Shown piece by piece: positions 29,261-40,025 of a stretch of DNA of 64,000 nt. Position 1 is the first letter of the stretch, and every line of letters begins with the position of its first letter. Under the pieces are notes generated by a model that ran no database searches, was not told the origin of the DNA, and worked only from the letters and a program-made list of their open reading frames with translations. This stretch comes from Myxococcota bacterium (GTDB taxonomy: Bacteria > Myxococcota_A > UBA796 > SXON01). The stretch is from NCBI GenBank assembly GCA_040386535.1, contig JAZKFH010000019.1, forward strand, positions 162,086 through 226,085. The letters are read 5' to 3'. The position numbers were made by a program, and so were the translations under genes.

Positions 29261-29791
29261 ATGAAGATCCCGTTTGCCGCGCTCCTCGCGCTTTCGTTCG
29301 CAATCACGCCCGTCCGTGCCCTTGGGTCCACGGGCGATACGATCGGAGGTATTACCGTTGGTAAACCCGTGGCAACATCCGCCCTACCACAGGACAGCGA
29401 GGGCGTCCCCTTTACCGAGACGAGCGTGGCGGGCGAAGCCGGGCGCCTTTTAATCGAAATGTGCGGCAAGAACGTTCAGCGGTTGAGTTTCTATATCGTT
29501 TACCTGCGCAACTATTGGACCGAACACGCGGTCCCCCCGGCGATCAGAACCTCGGCCTATTGGGGCTTCACCGGGCACCAGCGGGACGCGCTCCTTCTGT
29601 ACCGGAAGCTAACGACCGCGCTCCGGGAGGCGGGGTGGGAGGCATCCCGCTCGAATAAAAATGGAAAGGGTGAGAACTTGTCCTTCGCCAAGGACGGGTA
29701 TCAGCGCCAGCTCTACCTGACCAAGAGCTTCAAATATTCGCGTATCGATCTCGTTGCAGAAGCCGATCGAGCGTGTACCACCGGCCTTTAG
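29261..29791 (+). CDS. Secreted hypothetical protein
   Basis: GGAGG RBS; signal peptide MKIPFAALLALSFAITPVRA. Confidence 0.7.
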   Translation: MKIPFAALLALSFAITPVRALGSTGDTIGGITVGKPVATSALPQDSEGVPFTETSVAGEAGRLLIEMCGKNVQRLSFYIVYLRNYWTEHAVPPAIRTSAYWGFTGHQRDALLLYRKLTTALREAGWEASRSNKNGKGENLSFAKDGYQRQLYLTKSFKYSRIDLVAEADRACTTGL

Positions 29792-30109
29792 AGCTGCGCG
29801 GCTCAGCGCGCGGCGGCAAGGCGTAGCGCATCGGCGTCCACGCGCGGACGGCCGGATCGCGAGTCACCCGACGGATGCCCGCGATGATCCGCACGGCGGG
29901 GCGGAGGTTGCCGACGGGTAGTAGAAGCTGGTTCGGTCCAGGCGGTTCGGGTGCTCATGCCGCCAGGCTACACGAGGGCGCGGCCTCGGGCAGGAGCGGC
30001 GCCCGAGCGGCGGGATCTGGTCGAGGCTCCCCGCGGGGGTTCTCGGAAAAGTTGCCGGGTTTAGTGTAAATCCTTCGAGCAGTTGGTACCTTCACCGCGG
30101 AGGTCGCGA

Positions 30110-30478
30110 ATGGCTGAGCATCCTGACGATTTCGGGGCGGTGCGCGCGTGGTTCGAGGCGAAAGCTGACGCCGAGGTTGGAGATGTCGGCGCGAAGCACG
30201 CGCCGGTAAGGACACGGAATAAGCCCCCGAAGGGCAGGCAGTATTACCTCGGCGCGATCTACCCAATGGGCGTGGGGTTCCCGCTCAAGATCGTCGTGCG
30301 GACCCGCGGATATGAGCCCATCGTCAAGGCGCTTGAAGCGGCCGAATGGGGGGTCGAGGTCACAGACAAGGGGCTACACGGGGCGCCGCGGGTGTGGGTG
30401 GTGATTCCGCACGCGCGGGCCAACCCCGAGACACTCGCCCAACTGGTGCCCCTCCTCGGGGTGTGGGACACCTGGTAG
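30110..30478 (+). CDS. Hypothetical protein
   Basis: GGAGG RBS before ATG 30110. Confidence 0.6.
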   Translation: MAEHPDDFGAVRAWFEAKADAEVGDVGAKHAPVRTRNKPPKGRQYYLGAIYPMGVGFPLKIVVRTRGYEPIVKALEAAEWGVEVTDKGLHGAPRVWVVIPHARANPETLAQLVPLLGVWDTW

Positions 30479-30538
30479 GCGGCACCCCGGTGAGGCGGCG
30501 GCGCGGGAGCACGCGGAGAGTATAGGGGCTGCACCCCC

Positions 30539-31408
30539 ATGGAGTTGACGACCGTGAAGCCCCCGTCCCGCGCGATCCGCGCCGTCGTCGAGGCCGCCGA
30601 CGCCCTGTCCGTCGATCTGCCTGCGCTCGTCGCCCTCACCGCGCGCTGGGCGCCCCTCGCGGCGCACGCGTCGCGCGTATCCCCGCAAAACCCGACGGGG
30701 GCGGTGTACCCCGGCGTGCGGCGCGCCCGCCTCGGATCGGGGGAGAAGCTCGGCGCGGCCGAGGATGGCACCCGGCTGGACCGCAACAACTACGCGGGCG
30801 CCGCCATCCGGGCGGCGGTCCGCGCGAGCCCAGGCGACCTGGAGGGCTATCAGGCGTGCCACGTCTGGCCGAACACCTGCTATGACGCGCGCTATCACAC
30901 GGTCCTGGCGAACTTGGTGCTGGTGCCGGCGCCGCTCGTGAGCCTTACCGACCACCACCCCGACGTGATGGCGGCGCTCCAGTACCGCGCCTGGGCGGCG
31001 TTCGGCTGGCGCCCCGCTGAGGCGGCCGAACCGTTGCAGCCGGCGAGGTACCCCACGCGATGGCGCGCGCCGGACCAGCCGACCGAGAAGGAGGCGGCGC
31101 CGCGCCCATCGCGCACGGCGCCACCGATAGCGCCTCAGCGGGTAGAGACGGCACCGCCCCCCGTCCTGCGGGTGGCGTCGCCCCTGAGGGCTACGGGCGC
31201 GACCGCGCCCCCGGCGGGCTCGCAGCGTGACGTCATGCGGGCGCTGTGGAAGCGCTACCGCCCCGACGAGGGGGCCGTCGTCACTGCGTATGCGGCGGCG
31301 GAACATCGTGGTGAGGTGGCACGGACCTCGAACGATCGACGCGTGAGCGCCGAAGATTACGCACGCCGCCTCCTCTACGACGGGTTGGCGAAGGGGTGGC
31401 TGCGGTAG
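30539..31408 (+). CDS. HNH-like (His-Me finger) domain + Pro-rich linker + small C-terminal helical domain
   Basis: YQACHVWP...ANLVLVP..L..LTDH pattern. Confidence 0.55.
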   Translation: MELTTVKPPSRAIRAVVEAADALSVDLPALVALTARWAPLAAHASRVSPQNPTGAVYPGVRRARLGSGEKLGAAEDGTRLDRNNYAGAAIRAAVRASPGDLEGYQACHVWPNTCYDARYHTVLANLVLVPAPLVSLTDHHPDVMAALQYRAWAAFGWRPAEAAEPLQPARYPTRWRAPDQPTEKEAAPRPSRTAPPIAPQRVETAPPPVLRVASPLRATGATAPPAGSQRDVMRALWKRYRPDEGAVVTAYAAAEHRGEVARTSNDRRVSAEDYARRLLYDGLAKGWLR

Positions 31409-31690
31409 CCGGCATGGGAGCGACAAGGCGATCGCCGCCGCCCGCGCGCTCCTCGATCAAGGCTGGGGCTGGCCCGCCGTGGCGGAAGCTACCGGCGTCG
31501 GGCGCGACACGCTACGCCGCCGGCTGCATGAGGCGCCGGGCGCCGAGGCGTGACGGTCGTCCGAGCGCGACGCGTGTCACCGCCCGGCGCTCCCTTGATT
31601 TGCCTGTTCGGTCGTCTACAGTATGCCCCTGCGGGTCGGGGCGACGCCCCGTGCCGCGCTGGCGCCGGACCGCCGAACCGACGGCGCGGC

Positions 31691-31945
31691 CTACTTTCGT
31701 TCGAACGCGATCAGACGTCGGACGGCACCTGGGCCCTCTCCCTTCGCGATCCACGCCTTCGCGGTGGCGTGCGTCAGACCGTGCACGTCGGGGTACGCGA
31801 GCAGCCGTGCCCGCATGGCCGCACGTAGCTCCGGGTCGGAGGGGTCGAGCCCGCGCTCGTGGAACCGAGCGGTGATGAAATCGCCGAACTCGTGTTTGGC
31901 CAGCAGCTTGCTGTCGAGGGCTGTTTTGCTCTTGTCGTCGCTCAT
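31691..31945 (-). CDS. Small hypothetical protein
   Basis: GGAG RBS; 84-aa ORF. Confidence 0.5.
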   Translation of the reverse strand: MSDDKSKTALDSKLLAKHEFGDFITARFHERGLDPSDPELRAAMRARLLAYPDVHGLTHATAKAWIAKGEGPGAVRRLIAFERK

Positions 31946-32435
31946 GGGGCACTCCGGGAACGCGCGGAGGTGCGCACCCCCCGGAAGCTAAACACCGCGT
32001 CGTCACCGGCAAGTGCGTTGGTCGTGTGCTACCGGGTGGCAGCACGGCGCAGCTATCAGCAGTACGGTACAACGCCCGCCAGCGCGGGGCATGCCGCCTG
32101 GGTAAATCGCGGGCTCGGGGGCTGGCGCAAAGCCACCCCCCGGCGAGGGCAGAGAGCGCGGCGCTAATGGGGCGCGAAAGGAGGTGCTTTCGCGCTATGC
32201 GGAGCCAGCGCCATGCCGAGCAGGTGCGGCAAACGGGCCAGGTCGCGCCAGGGCGCGGGCTCGAACGTGGAGGCAACGGCTCCGGGCACGCCACGCGCTC
32301 CACGCGTGTCCGCCACGGCTCCCGCATCGAGGGGGTCGTCAACCCGAAACAGCTCGCCGAGCTTTGACCGCCGTTCGCGGCCTGCGACGCCTGGTGGCGC
32401 CAAGCCGATGGGGGGCGAACGCCGGACCCGTGCCC

Positions 32436-33131
32436 CTATCGCTCGTCGTCCGGGCCCGTCGTCCCCAACTCTTCCCGAGCCGTTCGAAGGAGCGCGCGGT
32501 AGTCCCGCTCAAGGGCGGGGACGGCTCGGCGAAGGTGCTCCACGTTACCCATGTCGGTCTCGATGCTGCCCTGCGTGTACGTGTCCTCTTCGTCGGCGAC
32601 ATCGAGTTTGGAAAGCGTCAGTTCGAACGCGTCGAGAATGCGACTCGCTTCCGGCTTCGCGAGGAGACGGAGCACCTCGCCGCCCGCCTGAAAACACGCC
32701 CGCGCGTTCTGGTTTCCGGTGTAGAACGAGCGAGTAGGCAAGACCGATGAGGGCCCCGGCATGATGTCGGCGCTCATCACGTTTAATAGTGCACAATCGA
32801 GGATCGCCTTCGCAGATTTGATCACGTCGATGTATGCCTTGAGCCGAAGCTCATACTGCATGGAGTCGCGTCTGAGTTCATCGCTGAGGTGTTGCAGCCT
32901 CTCAGCGTTATCATGCTGGATGTTCCATTGGGTAAGCGTCACGAAGGCGCCGAAGGCGGCCACGAGGATCGGGATCAGCCATGTCCCCGTCGGCACGACC
33001 GCCAGGTAGGCCACGCTCCCGACGAGCGCCGCCGTCGCGATAACGGCGAGGGCGATCACGCCGCCCGTCCACCGCCTTTCGGGAGGTAAGAAGGCTGATC
33101 GACGCTTAGGTGGTTGCATGGGCGTGTCCAT
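32436..33131 (-). CDS. Hypothetical protein with two N-terminal TM helices and a helical C-terminal domain
   Basis: Two hydrophobic segments followed by a coiled-coil-like region. Confidence 0.65.
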   Translation of the reverse strand: MDTPMQPPKRRSAFLPPERRWTGGVIALAVIATAALVGSVAYLAVVPTGTWLIPILVAAFGAFVTLTQWNIQHDNAERLQHLSDELRRDSMQYELRLKAYIDVIKSAKAILDCALLNVMSADIMPGPSSVLPTRSFYTGNQNARACFQAGGEVLRLLAKPEASRILDAFELTLSKLDVADEEDTYTQGSIETDMGNVEHLRRAVPALERDYRALLRTAREELGTTGPDDER

Positions 33132-33275
33132 ATTGCGCGAGTGCTCGGCAGGCAGCCCGTCACCTATTCGACGAGGTGATCCTCGTCCTCCGCACTCTCG
33201 TCGGTTGCCAAATCCTCGGCGCTCGCGGTGTGGGGGGCCTGGTAGGCCGATCCGGGGTGCGCGGCGGTGGGCCGG

Positions 33276-33629
33276 CTATGACTGCGCGCCGCCGTGAGCG
33301 TACTGGAAAGCGGCGTGCTTGCCGCTCGCGTGCACGGTCTGCCCCGCCACCGTGTAGGGAAGCCCGGCGGGCCGGAAGTCGATGTTTGCGGCTCCGCCCC
33401 GGACGAGCATAGCGCCGGCGGTAGCGACGATGCGGGCGGCGCCGACGGTAGATCCCGAGCCCTCACCGGGCATGCCTCGCTCGGCGATTAGCTGGTCCCG
33501 CCGCGCAACGGGGAGGAGGTCCAGCAGCTCGTACGCGGTGAGGAAGGGCGCCGCGGCCTGACCTCGCGCGGCGTCCGCGAGCGCGGCGAGGACTTCGTTC
33601 TTGATCGCTGTGGGCATGAGCTTCGACAT
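33276..33629 (-). CDS. Small hypothetical protein (possibly winged-helix-like)
   Basis: GAGGTG RBS; EVLAAL..PFLTAYELLDLLP pattern. Confidence 0.5.
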   Translation of the reverse strand: MSKLMPTAIKNEVLAALADAARGQAAAPFLTAYELLDLLPVARRDQLIAERGMPGEGSGSTVGAARIVATAGAMLVRGGAANIDFRPAGLPYTVAGQTVHASGKHAAFQYAHGGAQS

Positions 33630-33794
33630 GGGGCACCTCGGGCAGGTGGGTATCCGGCCCGGAGTCGGGACGCTCGGCGCGCACGGTGAGCACGCGAAGC
33701 GGCCCCGATCTCGAAGGTGAAGTCCTCGAGCCTTTTCGCGCACAAGGGATCGCGACCGCGTTTCGCGGCGCCCGGCTCAAGTCCCCCGCCGTGT

Positions 33795-34742
33795 TCATGT
33801 CCGATCGGTTTCGATGCCGAGCAGCAGCGCGTCGATGGTCACCTCGCGCGCTTTGCGCTTGTCGTAGTCCTTGCTCGGCGCGTGCCGGCCGAAATCGAGG
33901 AAACGGACGTGTACCTGTACGCCGGCCACATCGAGGGGTTCGCCGTTGGCGAGCGCGCCGGCGGGCGCCAGCCGCTCCTCAGTGCTCGCGTCGGCCACCA
34001 CGAGGTACGCGCGCCGGACGCGCATCTGAGCCCCGTAGGTGCGCGCCTGGTACGTCCATGCGGAGACGCCCGGCGTCGTGCCTCCGCGCCATAGCTTCAA
34101 CTCCACCGGGACCGGCTCGTTCTCGCGCAGGAGGAAATCGACCCTGCCCCGCGCGATCGGTAGCTCACGATCAAAGCCAGTATGCGGGTCGAGCCCGGCG
34201 TCGAAGAGGAAACGATGCAAATCCGCTTGTAGTGCGGCTTCGTTCTGCTCCAGCGCGCCGATGCCGAACAGCTCCGAGCGCTGGATCCACCGCTCGATCA
34301 ACGCGTTGATCTGCACCGCGGAGAGCACCTCCGCGCGCAACCACGCCACGAGCGGCCGCACGTACAGGCCGTTGAGTTTTCCGGTGAACTCCGGGCTGCG
34401 GTGTCCGTCGAGCAGCGAGTGGATCGAGTACGGGTCCGGATGCGGATCCGCATGCCGCACCCCGCCGCGCTCGTCCGGGATTCGCTTGATACCGGCGTAG
34501 GCGAGACGGCCCCACGCGGCCATGTCCGCGGGCGCGCTGACCGGCGAGCGGAGCACAGGGACATCGGGTCCCCTCGGCACCGATCGCAGTACCTCGCGCG
34601 TGAGGGGGTGCCGTTCGAGCAAGCTCAAGGCCGCCGATACGGTCGGCCACCAGAGGCCCCCATCGTGCGCGCGGGCGTACTCGATCCCTTCGAGTAGGTC
34701 GTCCAAGATCGTTAGGGCGGTTTCGCGGGCAGTGGCGAGCAT
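33795..34742 (-). CDS. Protein with C-terminal PD-(D/E)XK nuclease domain
   Basis: EAALQADL..RE...GRVDFLL..PVELKLW..QARTY. Confidence 0.7.
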   Translation of the reverse strand: MLATARETALTILDDLLEGIEYARAHDGGLWWPTVSAALSLLERHPLTREVLRSVPRGPDVPVLRSPVSAPADMAAWGRLAYAGIKRIPDERGGVRHADPHPDPYSIHSLLDGHRSPEFTGKLNGLYVRPLVAWLRAEVLSAVQINALIERWIQRSELFGIGALEQNEAALQADLHRFLFDAGLDPHTGFDRELPIARGRVDFLLRENEPVPVELKLWRGGTTPGVSAWTYQARTYGAQMRVRRAYLVVADASTEERLAPAGALANGEPLDVAGVQVHVRFLDFGRHAPSKDYDKRKAREVTIDALLLGIETDRT

Positions 34743-34889
34743 CCCTGCGCTTAGCCCGGATGCACGCTGCGCGGGCTGACGCGCCATGCGATGATGAGCG
34801 GGCGCGCGCCTGTCCAGCGTGTCGAGCGGGCCCCCGCGGAACCGCTGCGCTTCGCGTCGCGTCCGCGATGCGCTACACTCCGCGCCATC

Positions 34890-37800
34890 ATGACTTTCGA
34901 CAAGCTCATCTCGATGTGGTCCGTTTCCGGCTCTTCCGAGCGTGCGAACAAGGACGGTTTCCTCCGCGATCTTTGCGATGCCCTGGGCGTCACGCGACCC
35001 GACCCGACCACGGGCGATCCGATCCTCGACCAGTACGTTTTCGAGGCCGACGCCAAGGTGCCCCACGAGGGCGGCGCGGTCACCATCGGGAAGATGGATC
35101 TCTACAAGGCGCAGTGCTTTGTTCTCGAAGCCAAGCAAGGAAGCAAGGCGGGCAGCGGCAAGGTCGGTACGGCGCGCCGCGAAACCCCTACTTGGAGCAA
35201 CGAAATGCACAAGGCGTACGGCCAAGCCGTCGCCTACGCACGTTCGTTGGACGCCCCACCGCCGTTCTTGATCGTCTGCGACATCGGGCACTGCTTCGAC
35301 GTCTACGCGACGTTCGAAGGCGGTATGGACTATCGACCGTTCCCCGACGGGCAGGCGTCCCGCATCTTCCTACAGGACATCGAGAAGAACGCAGACCGGC
35401 TACGCGCGATCTGGACGGACCCGCACAGCCTCGACCCTGCGAAGGTGAAGGCTAAGGTTACCCACGACATAGCGGAGCTTATCGCTGTGCTGGCCGCGAG
35501 CCTCCAAGCGGACGGGCACGAGCCCGAGCTGGTGGCCAAGTTCCTTATGCGGTGTTTGTTCACGATGTTCGCCGAAGACGTCGAGTTGCTCCGGACCGAC
35601 GTGTTTACCGACGCGCTCAGCAACGACTGGATCCCCGATCCGTCGCGTTTCGAGCCAGAGGTATCCGCGCTCTGGGACGTGATGAACCGGGGCGGTACGC
35701 TCTTCGGGGTGGGTAAGATCCTTAGGTTCAACGGCGGGCTCTTTGCCGACGCGCGCGCAATCCCGCTAACCCGCAAGCAGCTCCAGGTTCTCCACAGCGC
35801 CGCGAAATGCGAGTGGTCGAACGTCGAGCCCGCGATCTTCGGTACCCTGCTGGAGCGTGCGCTCAGTGAGAAGGAGCGCCACCGGCTCGGGGCGCACTAC
35901 ACGCCCCGCGCATACGTCGAACGCCTGGTCAAGCCGACCATCGAGGAGCCCCTGCGCGCGCGCTGGGACCTTGTTCGGGTCGAGGCCCGGCAACACGTCG
36001 AGGCAGGGCGCATCGACGCAGCCAGGGCCGCCGTGGGGGCCTTTCACGGGGAGCTATGCCGCACCCGCGTCCTGGATCCCGCCTGCGGTACGGGCAACTT
36101 CCTTTACGTCGCTTTGGATACCTTCAAGCGGCTTGAATCCGAAGTCATCGCTCTGTTGCATGACCTCGGTGACGATCAAACCATGTTCGGCCTGCGCGTC
36201 ACGCCGTCTCAGTTCCTCGGCATCGAGAAAAAGCCGTGGGCTAAGGAGATCGCAGAGTTGGTCCTTTGGATGGGCTATTTGTCGTGGAACGCCCGTATCT
36301 ACGGGAAGGCGGGCGCCGCGCGCGAGCCGATCCTCGCCGACTACGGGCACATCGAGTGTCGCGACGCGGTACTCGCGTGGGACAGGATCGAGCCCGTGCT
36401 TGACGCCGAGGACAACCCGGTCACGCGCTGGGACGGCGAGACAACCAAGGTGAGCCCGGTCACAGGGAACGAAGTACCAGACGACAGCGCAAGGGTCCCA
36501 GTCGTGCGCTACGTAAACCCGACACGCGCCCCATGGCCGCCCGCTGAGTACGTGGTCGGCAATCCGCCGTTTATTGGCAACAAGCGGATGCGGGAAGCCC
36601 TCGGTGAGGGCTACACCGAAGCGCTAAGAGCCGTGTACCCCGAGGAGACGAGCACCGCCGACTTCGTGATGTTCTGGTGGCACAAAGCGGCGGACCGCCT
36701 CAGTGCAAAGGCCATCCGGCGCTTCGGGTTCATTACCACCAACTCGATCACGCAAGTATTCAATCGCAAGGTGATCGAGGCTCACGTTGGCGACGGTAAG
36801 CTCGCGATCGTGTGGGCTGTGGCTGACCACCCGTGGGTACTCGACGGTGCCGCGGTCCGGATCGCCATGACCGTGGCGACCAACCCCGGTGAAGGCCGCG
36901 AGGAGGCCGTGCTTGAGCGAGTCACGGACGAGCGCGAAACGGGCGCCCAAGCGCCATCGGTAACCCTGGAGCGGCGCGTGGTCGGCCAGATTCACCCGGA
37001 CCTGAGGGGCGGAGCAAACGTGGCCGGAGCAGTACGACTCCGGTCCAACATGGGGCTTTCGTTCCAAGGCATGAACCTCGTCGGTGAGGGTTTCCGTCTC
37101 ACCCCCGAAGAAGTCGTGTCTCTGGGTTACAACCTCGAAGGTTTGCCTCCCGCCATCCGGCCATACCTGAACGCGCGGGATCTAACCCAGAGCGGCGCGC
37201 CGCGGTATGTGATTGACTTTTACGGTTTGAGCGCCGAAGAGGCCGCAGTGGCCTATCCGGCGGCGTATCAGTGGGTGCTCGTGCACGTAAAGCCGGAACG
37301 GGATGAGAACAAGCGCGATTCAAGGCGTACCAACTGGTGGCTTTTTGGGGAAACGGTGGGCAGGCTCCGCGCTGCGTGGCAAGGGCTTGACCGATTCATC
37401 GTCACCCCGAAAACGGCCAAGCATCGGCCTTTTGTGTTCCTCCCAAGCGGAATCATCCCGGACGGTAAGCTTTATACGTTCGCGATGGTTGACGCGTACT
37501 GTCTCGGCGCTCTATCCGCGAAGCCTCATCTTGTTTGGGCGCTTGCCAGCGGCGGTTTCTTGGAAGACCGCCCAACGTACAACAACCTGTCATGCTTTGA
37601 GCCGTTTCCGTTCCCTGACGCCACCCCTGCCCAGCGTGTCAACATTGCGCTGATCGGCGAGCGTCTCGACGCGCATCGGAAAGCGCGGCAGGCGGCCCAT
37701 CCAGACGTGACGCTCACCGGCATGTACAATGTGTTGGAGAAGGTGCGCGCTGGGGGCCCACTGAATGACAAGGAGCGAGCGATCCACGATAAAGGGCTTG

Positions 37801-38294
37801 TCTCCCTTCTGCTCGAAATCCACGGTCAGCTCGACGCCGCGGTTGCGCAAGCGTACGGCTGGCCGGCCGATCTCCCCGACGAGGAGATCCTTACGCGCCT
37901 TGTGGCGCTGAACGCGGAGCGGGCCGCCGAGGAGAAGCGCGGGCTCATCCGCTGGCTCCGCCCCGACTACCAGCGCCCGCTGGCGGGCGTCGCGGAGCCC
38001 GAGAATCAGCCCCTACCGGGCCTGGAAGTCGCCGACGTGGGCGCGGACGGCCCCGAGGCCGACGTGAAGCTCAAATGGCCCCCGACGCTCACAGAGCGCA
38101 TCTCTGCGGTACGCGCGGCCGTGCTCCGTGCGCCCGTCGCCGTGGGGGTCGAGGAGGTGGCCCGCGGGTTCGCCAAGGCGCCGCGCAAAGACGTGATCGA
38201 GATCCTCGATAGCCTCGCCGCGCTCGGCATCGTCCTCGCGCTCGACACCGCCGCGGGCCGGCGCTGGCGGGCGATGCAGCGGGCCGCGGCATGA
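34890..38294 (+). CDS. MmeI-like Type IIG/IIL restriction-modification enzyme (nuclease + N6-adenine MTase + TRD)
   Basis: DLYK..FVLEAK nuclease motif; RFNGGLF, IFGTLLE, LGAHYTP, VLDPACGTGNFL and VVGNPPF; C-terminal H..LDAAVA.AYGWP..EILTRLVALN. Confidence 0.92.
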   Translation: MTFDKLISMWSVSGSSERANKDGFLRDLCDALGVTRPDPTTGDPILDQYVFEADAKVPHEGGAVTIGKMDLYKAQCFVLEAKQGSKAGSGKVGTARRETPTWSNEMHKAYGQAVAYARSLDAPPPFLIVCDIGHCFDVYATFEGGMDYRPFPDGQASRIFLQDIEKNADRLRAIWTDPHSLDPAKVKAKVTHDIAELIAVLAASLQADGHEPELVAKFLMRCLFTMFAEDVELLRTDVFTDALSNDWIPDPSRFEPEVSALWDVMNRGGTLFGVGKILRFNGGLFADARAIPLTRKQLQVLHSAAKCEWSNVEPAIFGTLLERALSEKERHRLGAHYTPRAYVERLVKPTIEEPLRARWDLVRVEARQHVEAGRIDAARAAVGAFHGELCRTRVLDPACGTGNFLYVALDTFKRLESEVIALLHDLGDDQTMFGLRVTPSQFLGIEKKPWAKEIAELVLWMGYLSWNARIYGKAGAAREPILADYGHIECRDAVLAWDRIEPVLDAEDNPVTRWDGETTKVSPVTGNEVPDDSARVPVVRYVNPTRAPWPPAEYVVGNPPFIGNKRMREALGEGYTEALRAVYPEETSTADFVMFWWHKAADRLSAKAIRRFGFITTNSITQVFNRKVIEAHVGDGKLAIVWAVADHPWVLDGAAVRIAMTVATNPGEGREEAVLERVTDERETGAQAPSVTLERRVVGQIHPDLRGGANVAGAVRLRSNMGLSFQGMNLVGEGFRLTPEEVVSLGYNLEGLPPAIRPYLNARDLTQSGAPRYVIDFYGLSAEEAAVAYPAAYQWVLVHVKPERDENKRDSRRTNWWLFGETVGRLRAAWQGLDRFIVTPKTAKHRPFVFLPSGIIPDGKLYTFAMVDAYCLGALSAKPHLVWALASGGFLEDRPTYNNLSCFEPFPFPDATPAQRVNIALIGERLDAHRKARQAAHPDVTLTGMYNVLEKVRAGGPLNDKERAIHDKGLVSLLLEIHGQLDAAVAQAYGWPADLPDEEILTRLVALNAERAAEEKRGLIRWLRPDYQRPLAGVAEPENQPLPGLEVADVGADGPEADVKLKWPPTLTERISAVRAAVLRAPVAVGVEEVARGFAKAPRKDVIEILDSLAALGIVLALDTAAGRRWRAMQRAAA

Positions 38295-39220
38295 ATCCCC
38301 ATTATGTCAGGCACCATGACTTGGATAACGCCGAGGAGCTTCTCGATGTGCTCCAGCGCGGCAGGGTGGCCCAGGGGCGCCGGTGGCTCTTCCGTGGCCA
38401 TGCCGATGCAACCTGGGCGTTGCTTCCCGCTGCGCTGCGAGACGACGCGCGTCTGAGCAAAGGAACGAAAGGCCCCTTGCTATGGCACTCCGACCAAGTG
38501 GAAGCGGAGTTCAGGATGTTGGCGACGGTGCTCAAGTATTGTGATGAGCAAGGCATCGCTTTTCCGGATGATCATTACCTTGATCGGCGGAAATCGCCCC
38601 ATGATCAAGAGCGTGACTGGGCGCAATGGTGCGACGGAATCAAGCTGTGGCCTCCAGATGAGTACTTATCGCAGCTTGCGCTCCTACAGCACTACGGTGC
38701 CCCAACGCGAATGTTGGACTGGACGTGGAAGCCGCTCGTTGGCGCCTATTTCGCGGCGCGGGACGGGGCCGAACTGTTGCGGCTCGGAAACGCCGCTGCT
38801 GGGCAGCGCATCGCGGTATGGTGCCTTCATCGGTGGGTGGGACACGGGGACTACTCCGACGATCGGCAGGCCGGAAGGCGGGTGGAGATTGTGGCCGGTC
38901 CGGCGGGACAGATTCCGAACATGGCGGCGCAGACCGGCTGCTTTACCCTGATCCGCGCGCTGCCGACTGCTAAGGATGAAACGATCGTTCTAAGCGTAGA
39001 CGATCTGATAGAGGAGTCTGGTCCCTTCCTCATCCCACCGTACGGGGAGGTGCGGGCCGAGGACTACGACCCGCCCTGGCTCCTCTGCTACACGCTACCC
39101 ATTGACGCGGCGCCGCGATTGCTCGCGACCCTGCATGATCAGTTTATCAGTGCGGCTGTCCTGTTCCCCGGCTACGGCGGGGCTGTCCAGGCTTGGAAGG
39201 ACCTCTCCCTGTGGCGTTGA
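38291..39220 (+). CDS. FRG domain protein
   Basis: WLFRGHADATWALLP..QHYGAPTRMLDWT..PLVGAYFA..NMAAQTGCF..LFPGY; ATGA overlap with the RM gene. Confidence 0.9.
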   Translation: MNPHYVRHHDLDNAEELLDVLQRGRVAQGRRWLFRGHADATWALLPAALRDDARLSKGTKGPLLWHSDQVEAEFRMLATVLKYCDEQGIAFPDDHYLDRRKSPHDQERDWAQWCDGIKLWPPDEYLSQLALLQHYGAPTRMLDWTWKPLVGAYFAARDGAELLRLGNAAAGQRIAVWCLHRWVGHGDYSDDRQAGRRVEIVAGPAGQIPNMAAQTGCFTLIRALPTAKDETIVLSVDDLIEESGPFLIPPYGEVRAEDYDPPWLLCYTLPIDAAPRLLATLHDQFISAAVLFPGYGGAVQAWKDLSLWR

Positions 39221-39263
39221 TCGCCGAGCGTCCATCATGTTGCTTCGCGGAGGATGCAACCTA

Positions 39264-40025
39264 ATGCCGCTCGAAGCCAAGGCGATGACAGACATCTACG
39301 ACGCGCAGGTGCCGGACAGCGGCGATCCAGCCGCTGGACGGATCCACCCCTTCATCGGCTCCGCGTTCACGACGACGCCCGACGCGTTGCGGGTCCTGGC
39401 GCTCGGCGTGAACGCGTACTGCGACGACGACGCGACGAGCAAGCCCGCATGGTTTCCGGCGATGTTCAGCGAGCGAAAGTACCGTTTCCAGAAGGCGGTT
39501 GTGCGCGACGTCGGAATCCTTGCCGCCGCGCTAACAGCGTCCCCGGCGTTCGCGGGCCGGACGTTTCTCGGCGTTGAATCCGTTTACCACACGAACGCCG
39601 TGAAGCGGTTCCTCCCCGCATCCAAGGGGAAGAAGGCGCATCGCGTACCCGAGGACTACTTCATCGAGGGCGCGGGGGTATTTCGCGCGGAACTCGAGGC
39701 GTTGGCGGCCGCGGGGGCGTTGCCCGACCTCGTTGTCGTGTTCGGGTCCCGCCCGTGGTCGCACGTCTGGCCCGCCTTCCGGCGTCCTCGTCCGGCCTGG
39801 GTCACATCGAACGTGACGAGCCCCGGCGACCTCTTCCACCACCTAAACCGCGTACGGGTTCGCACCCGTCCGGACGAGGATCGACCGCTACTTTTGGTGA
39901 AGCTGCGTCACCCAACGGGATCGCGGGGGCGGGGCATGTCCGCCTCCGATCTGTGCGGTCATGCCGACTTCCAGCGCGCGCTAATGCTCGATGGCGGGGG
40001 CTCCGAGCAGGTAAACGCCAGGTAG
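39264..40025 (+). CDS. Divergent uracil-DNA-glycosylase-like fold protein
   Basis: PFIG..RVLALGVNAY..YHTNAVK..ELEAL..PDLVVVFG..LRHP. Confidence 0.6.
   Translation: MPLEAKAMTDIYDAQVPDSGDPAAGRIHPFIGSAFTTTPDALRVLALGVNAYCDDDATSKPAWFPAMFSERKYRFQKAVVRDVGILAAALTASPAFAGRTFLGVESVYHTNAVKRFLPASKGKKAHRVPEDYFIEGAGVFRAELEALAAAGALPDLVVVFGSRPWSHVWPAFRRPRPAWVTSNVTSPGDLFHHLNRVRVRTRPDEDRPLLLVKLRHPTGSRGRGMSASDLCGHADFQRALMLDGGGSEQVNAR

Noticed and set aside
26709..31408. Integron cassette array
   Set aside because: Genes are co-directional, but I found no recurring attC-like boxes or intI
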